DNA of 64,000 nucleotides from Eledone cirrhosa (taxonomy: Eukaryota): the NCBI GenBank assembly GCA_964016885.1, contig OZ024741.1:62930001-62994000 (forward strand), given 5' to 3'. Positions 10,560 to 23,750 of the stretch are shown piece after piece; within the stretch, counting starts at the first letter, position 1; each line of letters opens with the position of its first letter. The notes beneath the pieces are model-generated. The model ran no database searches. It saw nothing but the letters and a program-made list of their open reading frames with translations, and was not told the DNA's origin. The position numbers and the translations under genes were made by a program.

Positions 10560-11368
10560 GTGTGGAGTCCTAGTGAATTGAGCAGAAGCAACGGAATCCA
10601 GATACCAACAGGTGAGATGATAAAGGAATTAGGCACTGAAGAGGGATACAAATATTTAGGTATTCTGGAGGGAGATGACATCAAGAACAAAATAAAAATG
10701 AAGGAATTGATAAGATCTGAGTACATAAGGAGAGAAAGAAGCGTATTAAAATCACATCTAAATAGTAGGAATGTCGTAAGTGCAGTAAATTCCCGAGTTG
10801 TTTCTATTATTAGGAACAGTGCGGGAATTCTGAAATGGAATGTTGCTGAACAAAAAGAAATGGATAGGAAGATGAGAAGTGGTATGAGCATAAGCCAGAG
10901 TCGGTGATAGAAAACGATCAGGTGAAGGTGCTATGGGATTTTAGGATACAGACGGACAACAAATTAGAACACAATAGGCCTGACCTGGTGGTTTTGGATA
11001 AGGAAAAAAGATCGTGCCTGATTGTAGATGTAGCCTGCCCATTCGACACGAGAGTGCAAGAAAAGGAGAGGGAGAAAATTAACCGATACCAGGATTTAAA
11101 GTGGGAGTTAAAAACGATTTGGAACTGCCATGAAATCAAGGTCGACCCGATTATCATAGGCGCACTAGGTACTATCTCAAAGAGTTTCCAAGGATGGTTG
11201 AAGAAATTAGTCCAGCCCCGCTTTTTGGAACACTTCAAAAAGCATGCTTGCTGGGAACAGCAAGAACCCTACGACCCGTCCTGAATATCTGAGGCTGCAG
11301 GCAGTGGCTTAATATTCATTTCAACAAACATTCCATTTAAATAACATCAATGACTGAGACTCAAAGAA
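10560..11368 (+). mobile_element. 5'-truncated, internally deleted Dong/R4 copy
   Basis: 10575-10873 matches ~8695-8986, then jumps to the equivalent of ~9573-10070; ends in (AAT)n. Confidence 0.9.
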
Positions 11369-11389
11369 CAATAATAATAATAATAATAA

Positions 11390-11457
11390 TTGTTTAAACT
11401 TTTGGTACAAGGCCAGCAATTACCCCAGTGCATTACTGGTGCTTTATTTTATCGATG
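11390..11457 (-). mobile_element. SINE 3' fragment (ATT-tailed family)
   Basis: tgtttaaacttttggtacaaggccagcaattaccccagtgcattactgg next to the AAT tract. Confidence 0.75.
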
Positions 11458-11462
11458 ATTCC

Positions 11463-11611
11463 AGAAGAAGAAGAAGAAGAAGAAGAAGAAGAAGAAGGAG
11501 GAGGAGGAGGATGAGGAGGATGAGGAGGAGGAGGAGGAGGAGGAGAGAGGTATGAGGGGGGAGGAGGAGGAGGAGGAGGAGGAGGAGGAGGAGGAGGAGA
11601 AGAAGAAGAAG

Positions 11612-11640
<29 letters not shown>
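11463..11640. repeat. (GAA)n/(GGA)n microsatellite
   Basis: Direct reading. Confidence 0.95.
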
Positions 11641-11642
<2 letters not shown>

Positions 11643-11981
11643 GATTAGGCAACTAAATTTACCAATACATATAAATACATACACAGAAATAAAGTATGAA
11701 TAACAAAAACGTAAAATAGTAAAAAGCCACAAGGATATGAATGAATACAGCAACGCAAAAATAAAATTATATGTATGTATATTTAATCCAAACTGAATAC
11801 AAACCGCCAAGAGCAAAAGACAGATGGAGAAAAAGCATTGTCTTATCTCGCACCGGAAAGTTCTCTGTAAAGAAGAGGAAATGGTATAAAAGATAAATAC
11901 TTATTCTAAATGAGAATGCAATGTTACTACTAATACGGAGGATTGAAGTATCTCTGAACGGGATAAAATCCCAACGAGTCA

Positions 11982-12178
<197 letters not shown>

Positions 12179-12324
12179 GCAGGATTTCTTTCCGATGTTT
12201 CTAAGTAGTTCTTTGCAAAATTCAAATCTGTCACTAACAAAGTGGCATGATTTGTTTTGAGTTAAGACAGATTCACCGGTTTGTGAATATGTGAGATTAT
12301 CTGTCCATATATGTAGGTGTGTGT

Positions 12325-12620
12325 GAAGGCACGTAGTTTTGTGGTTAGAGTATTCGGCTCACAATCGTAAGGTCCTGAGTTCGATTCCCGGTGGAGCGTT
12401 GCCTCCTTGAACAAGACACTTTATTTCACGTTTCTCCAGTCCATTCAGCTAGCAAAAATGAGTTGTACCTGTAATTCGAAGGTCCAGCTTTGTCACATTC
12501 TGTACGACGCTGAGTCTCGCTGAGAATTACATTAAGGGTATGCTCAGACACTTGCACATTAATTTCAGGTGTAGGCAGTTCAGTTGATCGGATCATCTGG
12601 AACACTCGTTGTCGTAACAT
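12325..12620 (+). mobile_element. tRNA-derived CORE-type SINE
   Basis: A box (gtggttagag), B box (gagttcgattcc), core ccttgaacaagacactttatttcacg..ccagtccattcagct..aaaatgag; paralogs at 27590-27850 and 36858-37200. Confidence 0.75.
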
Positions 12621-13099
12621 ATGTAGTTAAACATCTTCTCATATCATGTGCTTACATATCTCTTTAGGACACGGATGTGTGCGTAATTATTGTTTATGTA
12701 TGTATGTGTATGCTATATGCTCAGATGTGATTGTCTTCATATGTTCATAGCAGGAGGCCCAAATAGATAATTTCGGAATGATTTATTTCCCATATAATTA
12801 GACACGAGATTCACCTCTGCTGTCAGCTGATCCTTTACTGTTCAATACGTGTTATGAGAACTGATCTTGCCTGTCAGTGCCACATTAGATGAGAAAGTGT
12901 CCTGTATATTATTCCACATGTTAGCATTAGCATACACTTATACTCACAGCACCAAAATATACTCATTACTTTTGTGATACTTGTGGATACTTATGGATAT
13001 ATTCTCCGCCTAGTTAAAAAAGTTCCCATCTATTGACTACCAAATATAAACACTTATATTGCCGGAACCCCATTCCTAAATCCTGCGATATTGTGACCA

Positions 13100-13500
13100 A
13101 CTCTATCTCTCGGTTTCCTGAATATTATCTGAATAGATTTGCAGGTCATTACCATAGAAAACAAATGTGAGTATCAGTGTAGTAAAGAGCCGTTTAATGA
13201 CATAAAATATAGCAGAGAGAAACGTGGCAACGCTTATTGATTGTAGTATCCCTGAATAGGAGAGAGAATTAAATGCCTTCTAACAGTGTAGCTATACTGA
13301 CAGTAGACCTAAACGATGCTGTTTCTTAGAGAACAACTTTATTATTGAGGAGCTGTTCCGCGCAACCATAAATTTCAATTTATCCTCCCGCTTTCTTATC
13401 AGTAGCCATATTGCCTCTGGCACGTGGTGTACTGCGACTATTTTCGTTCGAGCAAATTGACGAAATCTTTCCTGTAGAAATGGGACTTCTTAAATGCATA
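13100..13500 (-). pseudogene. Highly decayed CR1/L2-like RT remnant
   Basis: Minus strand reads ..YSGILQS..TFVFYGNDLQIY.., resembling SGVPQGS..YADDLQIY. Confidence 0.3.
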
Positions 13501-15178
13501 ACCAACTATCGGATCTCTCCGAGGGGACATTAATTCGACAGGTTTGCAGCAACCGTGTTTAAGACAGACCTTTTGCAGTACATACTCAGAGGTATACTTA
13601 AACATACTGCGTCATGGTCGTGCGACATGCTTAAATTTCAGATTCTCTCCAAGAGAGATTCCAGATCATCTTATATTTACAATCTTAGTTGAATGGCCAT
13701 TTATGTTGCGATATAATTTGGAGGCTTAATGCAAATTACACTTGAAAATTTAAAGCCCATTTTGCTCATAGTTAGTGCAATGTTTAAAGGCAATTAGCTT
13801 TCTAGTGAACATCTCTCATTGTGAGTACTTCACTATATTTACAGTATAGAACAGTATTGTAACCGGTTGTTCGAGAATTAATTATTCACATAACATCGAA
13901 TAATAGTATCCAACTGAGTGAATTTTTACGTAATTGGTTGTTTCGTTTAGAAATAGGTAAAACATTTCCTTTGTATTCTACCATTTTAATCGATACCCCT
14001 TACTTTTGGAGTAATCGATACCCTATTGGAGAATGGTAATTACAACAGAATATAGTAATACGTTGAATGTTAAAACCTGGGATTGAAACATTGTGATAGG
14101 TTTCTTTAACTCTTGATAAATCACGGATAATTTCCAATCAATAAGTTTTCTATCGACTAATCTTATCTAAATAATAAAATTTGCGGTGATAGTTTTTCAG
14201 CGGTTTATACCTTTTACCTATACTTCTTCGTTCGTAAGTACATACCACTCTGTTCTATCTATTGTTCCTCTATTTTTGTCTCCTAGCTCTACTTTTATGG
14301 TTATAGCAATTTTGTCGAAAACACATTCTTGTTGACACTCCTAGTTATTGATGATCATTGATCCTGCTAAGCAGAGCAGCATATATTATCTCAACGAACG
14401 TACGTATCTAGACCAATTTCTTCGAGCGGAAAAACAAGTTGGACGGATAATCGATATTTTACAGTTCAGTGGCTTTTCATCCCCATCTTGCAATCGATTA
14501 ACGGATCAGTCTGTTGAATTTATAATTGGTACAATTTTTATTAGATGCTAAAGACCACTACAATATAACCTCGAGGGTTATACAATATGAAATAGCTGCC
14601 CCAAGTTTCCTCTTTTCTTTTAGCTTTTCCTTCTGAAACAGGACTGGAATCGGAAACATTAAAATTATCTTCATACATCTTATAAGTGTTAATCCAATAT
14701 ACTCTTATTGTAAATGTGTTCTCTTGTGCTGTGTTTCTTCCTTTTCTAGCCAATACACACACACAACCACACACCTACAGAAACACCCACACATACACAT
14801 ACACCCACACCCACATGCAGAAACACATACACACACACAGAAACACATACTCACACGCACACACACACGCACTCACACAGGCACACACACACACAGACAC
14901 TTTTATCTATATATATGGAAATATAATCACGTACGAAGAGGAAGTATATAATATTTCAAAACAAAAGACACTCAAAAGTTGTTTCTAATATTTAGGTGAC
15001 TGTTTATTCGGTGACTGATACAGATAACGAGGATCCCTGGCTCTGACAATATTATTCTATCTTGTATGCTGTTTTATATTTCTTGTACGAAATATATTTC
15101 ATTAAATTCACCTGTCATTTTCAAAAATACATATGTATTATCTTGTTTTTTTAGTTAAATATGAAATAAAGAAATAAT

Positions 15179-15360
15179 TGTTTCTACTTTTGGCACAAGG
15201 CCAGCAATTACCCAGTGTATTACTGGCACTTTATTTTATTGACGTAAGGATGAAAAGCAAAGTTAACCTCGGCGGGATTTGAACTCAGAATGGCAAGGGC
15301 CGTAACTCTATGCGTCAAAGCATGGCGCCATGCCCTCTACCGATACTGCCAAACAATACC
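15179..15360 (-). mobile_element. Near-full-length tRNA-derived SINE (ATT-tailed family)
   Basis: A box (ttggcagtatcggtaga) and B box (gagttcaaatcc) on -; 18-bp TSD atgaaataaagaaataat at 15161-15178 and 15361-15378. Confidence 0.9.
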
Positions 15361-15613
15361 ATGAAATAAAGAAATAATATTTGAATGTCATATATATTTA
15401 GACAGATATTCTCGCATACAGAAAAGTACACACAAGCATTCAAGTAAATAAGGCAATAATATATATTGCTTTACTAAGTATTAGAGCAGTGAAGTGGCAG
15501 AATTGTTAAAGTCTTCCATGAAATTAGAAGTCATCGCCAATATATATTCAATACTTTGTGAGTCTGAAAACCATGTACTTAAGAACAAAGACACAAGCAT
15601 AGGTACGTGTACG

Positions 15614-15652
<39 letters not shown>

Positions 15653-15820
15653 GTATGTCCGTGTGTGTGTATGTAATGGTACATCATTTTAATATTTAAA
15701 ACTTTTACTTAGAGGTGTTCAAATGTGAACTCCTATAGCTGATCCAAAATCTTCGGAACAATCTTACATATTGCATACATTTATATAGATAAACATATAT
15801 TTGTATATACAAACACACAT

Positions 15821-15905
<85 letters not shown>

Positions 15906-16039
15906 TATATATATGAGAGTGTGTGTGGGTGTGTATATATATATATATAATTAGACATATATATATATATATATATATATAATTATACATATATACATAT
16001 ATATATATATATGCATCTATCTATGTATATGTACATATT

Positions 16040-16085
<46 letters not shown>

Positions 16086-16094
16086 TGTATATAT

Positions 16095-16518
16095 ATGTTA
16101 CTAGATATATTAATTCTTTATAATTAACTCCAAATTATTTTGTCGAGCAAAAATTGGCCAAAACTGCTACTATAGTAACGGTCCGGCTGCTGTCTTCTTA
16201 ACAAACCACTCCTCACTGATTGACCTCGATGTCACGTGACTGATTCTTTTGAATTTGCCACCGACGCAGTAGGCAGTGATTTTTTCAATGGCTTGGAATT
16301 TAGTCCACGCTTTGCTTTTTTCCATCCACTGAATTATTTTTGTATAAGTTCCCTGTGTCCACGTATTGTCTGGAAACTGAGCTGAGAATAGACTTCCCTG
16401 ATGACGAAAGGCTTCTCCGTACGTTTCTTCGGAAACTATGTTTATTCCCTTTCAGAAACTAATTAGTTGGAGTGAAATTTTAGTATGTAAGTTAATTTTA
16501 TAATTTTCTTATTTTACG

Positions 16519-16524
<6 letters not shown>
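16095..16524 (+). mobile_element. Diverged single-copy relative of the 573-bp hammerhead unit, flanked by (TA)n
   Basis: Shares tgtcgagcaaa, gtcacgtga.tgattc, ctgagaatagacttc, gaaactaattagttggagtgaaa and ttttcttattttacgtc with the 39.7-44.2 kb array. Confidence 0.8.
16394..16472 (+). ncRNA. Type I hammerhead ribozyme motif (family A)
   Basis: ttcc-CTGATGA-c-gaaagg...cctttc-a-GAAAC-taatta-GTT-ggag. Confidence 0.75.
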
Positions 16525-16590
<66 letters not shown>

Positions 16591-16718
16591 TTGTGTATAA
16601 TGGTAGCTATGGTGCTTCCATAGGCGGTATGCCAAAATTAGCACTCAATATTCAGCAGAGTAGAGTGTAGATAGTATAAAGAAAAAGAAAAATCAGTGAT
16701 GCATCTGGACTCAATTTA

Positions 16719-17710
16719 TTGCGTGTTACAATTGTTTCGCCGGCAGGTAGCTCGAGACATGCGCCTTACTCCAAACATGTACGCACCAACGTGCCAGGAC
16801 TTTTTTTCCGAGCGTTGGATGAGTGCTTTCCGCCGATGAACAAGTACCACAAAATCTTCAAACACCACACGGTTAAGTTTTCCTTCTCCACAACACCTAA
16901 CATACCCGACTACATGGCTAAAACTAACGCGGTGAAGATGGCGCACACTGGCCGTCAACGGCGGCGACAGAATGACCATATTTCGGAGTGCGGAGAACCA
17001 CCCAAGGACCGGCCCTCAAATGACAACCCGGCACCCGAGGCGACCATAGCGCCCACGGAGGGTGATGTGGTCAACGCCGAGAGGGAAATAGTGGCATGGG
17101 AGAGACAACAGTGTCGGCGGAACAACACCCTGAGAACCTTGAGAGGGCCATAACAGATCGAGGCCCGGACATCGGATGCATAAGAACTGGCAACAGAACA
17201 TGTAACTGTAGAGCGGGCACCCAGTGCCCCCTACATAGAAAATGCCTGATGAAGGACATAATATACAAGTGTGTGGTTACAACCCAAAACGCGCATCGCA
17301 CCTACTTCGGCGCAACATCCACGACCTTTAAATCGCGGATGTATAATCACACGAATTCCTTCAGAGACCGTAGCAAAAGACACTGCACTAGGTTAGAGGA
17401 CCTGGTGTGGGACCTGAAAGACCAAGGCACACCGTACGCCCTGGACTGGAGTATCGTTTGCCATGCGAGGGCATATTCGGCCGGAAGCAGAAAGTGCCGA
17501 TTATGCCTACACGAGGCCATGGAGATAGTCAGACTGAAAGATGACACGGTCAACCTCAAGTCTGAAATTATCATGACCTGCAGACACCAGAGAAGATGCA
17601 CATTTGCAGCATGGAATCCTCCGGGTGGCGCAGGCTGGGGCATGGGGACGGGTACGCACAGACCCGAACGGCCCAACGGGATTAGAGGACTTGGCGCCAT
17701 GCTCCGATGA
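16719..17710 (+). pseudogene. Penelope-like element 3' part (linker + GIY-YIG endonuclease, Naiad-like)
   Basis: PYSKHVRTNV..FFRALDECFP..KFSFSTTPN; CNCR..CPL..CL; IIYKC..TYFGATSTTFKSRMYNH; CRLCLHE; NLKSEI..CRH; one frameshift. Confidence 0.85.
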
Positions 17711-18265
17711 CATTGTGCCACCCTTGAGGCAAACATATGTAAACCAGGGGCGCACCTGACCGAGCACACAACATTGGGCAGATACATCGCCTGTGCCGGG
17801 ACTGGATAACACGGGGCCCACGACCGCCCGGTCCGATACCCCAAACCTATAGAACAGAACACCCCAGCCACGGGCCGGGCGTCCCCTTGAATGTGTACCC
17901 CATCACTCGTGACTATATGTTCTCCACATGTTCCACTTTGGAACAATGATTATTACTGTCATTATTGTTCTATTATTGTTCCGTTACTGTTACTTGTTCT
18001 ATATACGGACCAAAGTTTGCACCTCATACTACCTGTGTGTAGTATATCACATGGATACACGCACCTTCTCCTGTACACCCCCCCCCCTCGTTTTTTATTT
18101 ACCCCTTTTTTATGTATCTATTTGTGAAGTTACATACAGATTTTAATGTATTCTAAAATATTGTAAATTTATTTATTTTATTTTATTATCCTATTGTGTT
18201 TATATGTGTGGACGTGTGCGTAGGTATATGTATGTGTGTGTGTGTGTAGATATATATATATATAT

Positions 18266-18460
18266 AACGGTTGGAGCTTCCTGGATAGCTCCAACCGTTA
18301 AAGTTGTCTTTTTTCCGGGTAGTCAATATTTATTTATAAAACAAATCTGTATTTTATCTGATGAAAGCGCACCATAATTTGCCATGGTTGCCCTTGAATT
18401 ATGTATAAAATAAATATGGTTTTATAAATATAGTTTCCATTTATTAATATATTGTATATA
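18266..18460 (+). mobile_element. Short pLTR-like fragment with a degenerate hammerhead (family B) and a 5' fold-back
   Basis: Hairpin taacggttggagct..agctccaaccgtta; attttat-CTGATGA-aag..ctt-GAAT at 18351-18410; homologous to 45820-46000 and 60125-60280; (TA)n flanks. Confidence 0.65.
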
Positions 18461-18493
18461 AACATATATATATATATATGCTATATAAATAAT

Positions 18494-18701
18494 AGTTTCT
18501 GACTTAGGCACAAGCCAACAATTTTGGAGGAAAGGAAAGTTGATTAAATTGACCCAGTGCATTACTGGTACTTTATTTTATCAATCCCGTAAGGATGAAA
18601 GGCAAAGTCAATCTCGGCGGGATTTGAACTCAGACCGTAAAGGGCCGTAACTCGGTACTGCAAAGCATAGCGTCCGACCCTCTAGTGATACTGCCAATCC
18701 A
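18494..18701 (-). mobile_element. Near-full-length SINE (ATT-tailed family)
   Basis: 16-bp TSD atgctatataaataat at 18478-18493 and 18702-18717; A/B boxes on -. Confidence 0.9.
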
Positions 18702-19339
18702 ATGCTATATAAATAATGAGAGAAAGATGCGGTTACTTGAAGCGTTTGTAGTCTATAACCATCTTGCTTTGCTTTTATTTGTTGTTAATTTAACTGCTTG
18801 AAACATTTACGAAGGAGTGCTTTTCATACTGCAAACTTATTCATCACTATAAAATCCGACAAGAAGATACTATTTCCATCCATAATTATTACACCTTTTT
18901 TATATTTTAACCCCACTCAACCCAGAACAAATCCTGACATGTACAGAACGCAAACATTTCGTTTCAGCCATGGAGTATCATCTGCGTAAAGGCAATACGG
19001 CTACTTCTGTTGTGTTACCTTTTATGTTTTGAGGGACTTATATAAATAGTGAAAGTCTATGGTGGGGGATTGGTTGAGGAATTACAGCGACGGGAAAGAT
19101 GCTTTGTGTGATCTGTTTCGTGGTTCTGCTTTCGATGTTCAAGTTCCGCTTAGAAAGAAAAGAAACCTCCATCTTACTGGCGTGCCATTAATACTAACTA
19201 GCTAGACGTGCCTAATTTACAAGATTGTTGTTTGACACCGTAAACAGTAATTACTGTAACATGTATCTCTGAAATCATGCCTAATTTCATGAAATATTTT
19301 ATGACATGTGAATGGATACACAATGGTTTCTATTTTAGA

Positions 19340-19515
19340 CACAAATCCAACATTTTGTATACGGAGAAAGTCAATTAAATTGACTCCTCGTTCTTTACTG
19401 GTACCTCAGTTTATCGACTCCGAGGAATGAAAGGTAAAGTTGACATCGGTGGGATTTGAACTCAGAATGTAAAGAGCTGGAATACATACTGCTAAGAATT
19501 TGTCAGTCTCTCTAA
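19340..19515 (-). mobile_element. Degenerate SINE of the same superfamily
   Basis: tactggtacc..ttatcgac..gaatgaaaggtaaagttgacatcggtgggatttgaactcag. Confidence 0.65.
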
Positions 19516-19769
19516 TGGGTGGATGGATAATTAATATTATTACAAATATAACACTTTTTTATCTGCATACCTGTTACAAAACTATACCATAATCCTTTTA
19601 GAATTAAGTTTCTTTATCGTAAATTGTTACTATTTATTTAGTACATCTTTATCTATAATCGTTTAGTGATACGTTTTCCTGTTTGTTTCCCTTGCTAACT
19701 TCCCCACCAAAATATATCAGTTAATTCCCTAGACCTAGAGAATGTAACACTTCTGTCCAAGACTAAATT

Positions 19770-20200
19770 ATGGTTATGGTAAATGATCTGAGTAATGACC
19801 GAAAGAAAACGATCGCAAATACAAGCGGCCGAAATTATATATCTCCGAAGAGTCTTTGGAGTAATGTTACACGATAACGTGCGTAACTCGGAAATCAGTG
19901 AGTCACTCCAGGTTAAGCCACTACTTTTCCGAATTGAGATATCACAGCTCCAATACTATGAGCAATTTGTTAGAATATCTCAAGAAAGGATCGCTGGACA
20001 GATTTTACGGTATGAGACAGATGGGTAGGCCCTGAGCACGATGGTTGGATAACATCAATGATCGTGATTAGTTTCGCTTGGAGATCCAGTCGAATCAGTT
20101 AGAGACGGTTGCTTCTGACAGGACCCGCTGGAATGAGTCTTTGAGGACTCTGCCCCTGAGACCCTCTCAGGAAGAAGAAGAAGAAGAAGAAGAAGAAGAC
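19770..20200 (+). pseudogene. RTE-type LINE 3' fragment with (GAA)n tail
   Basis: TERKRSQIQAAEIIYLRRVFGVMLHDNVRNSEI..QLQYY resembles the RTE post-RT region. Confidence 0.7.
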
Positions 20201-21438
20201 AAGGAGGATGGGGAGAGGGAGGATGAGGGGAGAAGGAAGGAGAATGGCAGATGAGGGGGAGATGAGGGGGGAGAAGAAGGAGAAGAAAAAGAAGAAGAAT
20301 GCTTGATCCTGTGTTTTATCAAATGTTATCGATTATGGCAAACTAACAGGGAAAAGAATTCTTTGTAAAATAACAAGCAACTTTTAATTACTCGATATTA
20401 ACGCTTGTCTACCTGCCAAAGCAACACAATTAGCAAATCATTAATGAAATTACGATGTAAGTTAACAATTTAGAGTCTAGTTCCATTATAAATCCCCCGT
20501 TGAATTGCTAATTACGTAATAACGTGACAACAGATTCTACACTTTAAATTCAATCTACACTGTAGCATTCTAAATGGAGTAAATGAGTAAAATAATTCTA
20601 TGGTGTAGCGTTTATTACCTGCCTAGTTATTACTATTTATTCTATGGTAAATTATGTGTGGCCATTTTATTATCGTAGTTTTACAATCTCATCACCTAAT
20701 GAAAGATAGTCGTAGTTCTTACGGAAAACATTACACACGAGATATCTCATCTGCTTTGAATGCTTCATTGAATAAGAAAGTTACTAGAAAATGTTCAATA
20801 CACGAAGAGAGTGGTACATCGATAGAATTTGATGCTAGTTCTGAAATAGTGGGAGTGGTTTTATTTCCATGACAAAGCAACCAATTTCAAAGGGTCCTTT
20901 GATCTTCTGTGGCTCTCATATTTTGAGTTAATTGATACGCTTTGAATCGTTTTAGACATATTTAGTCAACCGCAAAGTTATCAGAGATACATCCTTAATG
21001 AGAATTAAGTGTTGATCTCTTTGAAAGAGGTCTTGGTCAGGGTTGGGATATCTATTGCAAGTGTCTGTATAAATAAAAGTTACTGGTTGTTTAATTAAGA
21101 CAAAATGTTTTGCCATATATAGGCTATCTAGCAGCAATATTTTCCGCGCAGTACTTGATACGTTGAAAATGATAAGACTCATTAAATAAGTTTTACTGCA
21201 TCTTTCTAAAGTATTCATTATTTGATATTAAAGAACTATTTCTCGTCTTTTCAACTGTTGCTATTTTTGGTTCGGCTATAATAATTATGTGTTGAAAAAC
21301 TTAAATGATTTGCTCCGTAAAAGAGGACCAAAGCAAAAGTACATTTCTTGTATTATAAAAGGCATAAATAGCTAATAGAAAACTACGACATTGCAAATGC
21401 TAAAGCTTTCACTAAATTGTATACCTATTTTCCAATAA

Positions 21439-23750
21439 CACTGGTCAAGAAAATTAAATGTATTATACGAATACATGAATAAAAACCAACTTTTTTAGAC
21501 TCATTTTTCATGCTGATTTCAAAATTTCACTCCATTTGTATGCAGCACGTATCAGTTTTTCAGTAGATACATGCAAATATTTACATATTTGTATATATGA
21601 AATCATTAACGTAATAAATAAGGACATATTATTTTTAGAAAGTAAATGAGTTTATTGAGTTAAAAATCATCATTATCATTCTACAAAGAGCGAATACACA
21701 AAAGATGGGTCAGACAAAAGAGACAAAGTTAGATCAACTGAGTTAGAAACATTGTGATTTGGATTTCCTGCGGTGTTCCTGATCTGGTTGATTACGGTAA
21801 AGTGTCCAGCAGTAGTCAGCCTGCATACTGTCATTCCAGAAGCCTTGGTACCGTTTCTCCATAGAACTAATGTCCTGGTGAAATCTTTCTCCATATTCCT
21901 CAGACACTGCTCCAAGGTTATCTGCGAAGAAATCCAGATGGGAGTCCAAGAAGTGAATTTTCAGTGACATGCGACAACCCATTGATGAGTAACATTTCAG
22001 AAGATTCTTGATTCCATCCTTGTAGTCCATTGCCTTCTTGTTGTCCAAGAAATTATCACAGATCCAATTGAAAGCATTCCAGGCAGGCAGTTCCAGTGTT
22101 GTTTTGAAGTTGACATATTTGAGTACTTCTCTAATTTGGGATCTGAAAAAGATACCCTCTTTCAACTTCGCCTGTGTGATTTTGGAAACATTTTCTACAA
22201 TATACTCAAACCCTCTGGCATTTGTCTTCCCTAGTATCTTTACAAACTGTTTTATCAGTCCAAGCTTTATGTGCAAAGGAGGCAATAAGACATTACATGG
22301 ATCTACAAGAGGTGTTGACGCTAGATGTTCTTGTCTGCCAGTTTGATTCCGAATAATGTCTGTCAGTTGCCCGACTATCCCATAGACACAAGAAACAACA
22401 GTATTTTGTGAAACCTGACTGCATTCCCATTAACATTCCAATGACTTTTAAATCTCCACATATTTTCCATGAGTATCTTTCATAGGCAATGGCATGAAGT
22501 AAACGTTCTATATACCCATATCATTCATGAAGATGAACCGAGTGTGCAATAGCAATGGAGGGCTTCAAATTACCATTATGGAGAAGTTCAGCTTTAAACT
22601 TCGTTTTGAAGAGTAAATAAATAAACGCCACTCTGCAGGATCATGATTTCGTGATAAACATTCGAAAAGTCCATCGATGTTACTGCAAAAGCAAAGCGGG
22701 CCTTCAACAGAAAAACACGTTTGTAGTACCACATTTCTCTGCCGAAAATAAGTTATACTAACACCGTGCTCTAGCAGATACTTCTCCTTCACTCTTGATG
22801 CCAACAGTTCTGCTTTATCTTTTGAGAGGGATAGGCCTCTGACAAGGTCATTCAGGTCAGCTTGGGAACATTTCTGAGGTTCAATGCTATCAACATCAGC
22901 CACGTCAGCATCATCATCTGATGTTTCAATATCATCATTTGGTGGAACTGGAATAGGCAGACTTCCATTGTGAGGCACAGGTCTCATTGCAGAATCCAAA
23001 TTGGGATACACAATTTTCTGTTTATTCTTCATAGAAAATCCTGTGACATTTACTTTGCAAACATAACAGTCATTAAAAGGATCTTTCGGCCCCCTCCATA
23101 TCATTGGAATGGCAAAAGGCATGGAGTTCTTCTATTTGAACCAGTCAAGTAAGCCATTTGAGTAAGCTGGGCAGATAAAATATGGTGTCCATAACTTGTC
23201 CTGATCTCCAAGAGGACAGTCAAATTATAGCTAATAAATCTTCTTGATCTCTGGTGTTATCGTACGTTTTTGAGCTCTCACAATAAATTGTCCACAGACA
23301 TAACAAAACACATAAAGACGATTTCTACACTGTCTTGACATTGTTAACATTGTAAAACAAGTAAGGAAATAGATACAAACAGTTATACTTATATTGAATT
23401 TGAGAGATGATAAAATATTTCATCAGACCAATTATGACTGGACAATTTGAGATGTTGAAATACCTATTTCATCAGACAAAACTTGATTGGTTAATTTAAG
23501 ATGATGAACTATGCAGCAATGAATAATGTAGTTCATTTTAAAGGTATGTTTCCATGGTGTAAATGAAATACATGCATACAAGTCATTAATTAGAATTTCT
23601 ATATAATGCATGAGCTAAAACCCCAAAACTTTCTCATCTTGAAAACTGTATGTGATGTCAAAAAACTAATTGTATATTTGAAATCAGCATTAAAAACTAC
23701 ACTAAGTACACCTTCACATATGCTTGATGAAGAATATTTGTTGACCAGTG
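21439..23750 (-). mobile_element. Chapaev3-type (CMC) DNA transposon, complete ends
   Basis: TIR cactggtcaa(g/c)aaa at both ends (5'-CAC..GTG-3'); TAA TSD at 21436-21438 and 23751-23753; subterminal inverted atgctgatttcaaa. Confidence 0.85.
21743..23341 (-). pseudogene. Chapaev3-like transposase pseudogene (stops and frameshifts)
   Basis: N-terminal FCYVCG..DQDKLWTP..IC..PMIWRGP..DCYVC finger; PPLHIKLGL; MSLKIHFLDSHLDFF..LGAVSEEYGERFHQ. Confidence 0.85.

Noticed and set aside
12325-12392. tRNA genes (also 36858 and the ATT-SINE heads)
   Set aside because: A/B boxes are present but there is no intact cloverleaf or terminator; they continue into SINE bodies.
20600-21300. Short ORFs 20654-20872 and 20952-21218
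   Set aside because: No recognisable motifs or exon structure; small host exons cannot be excluded without RNA data.
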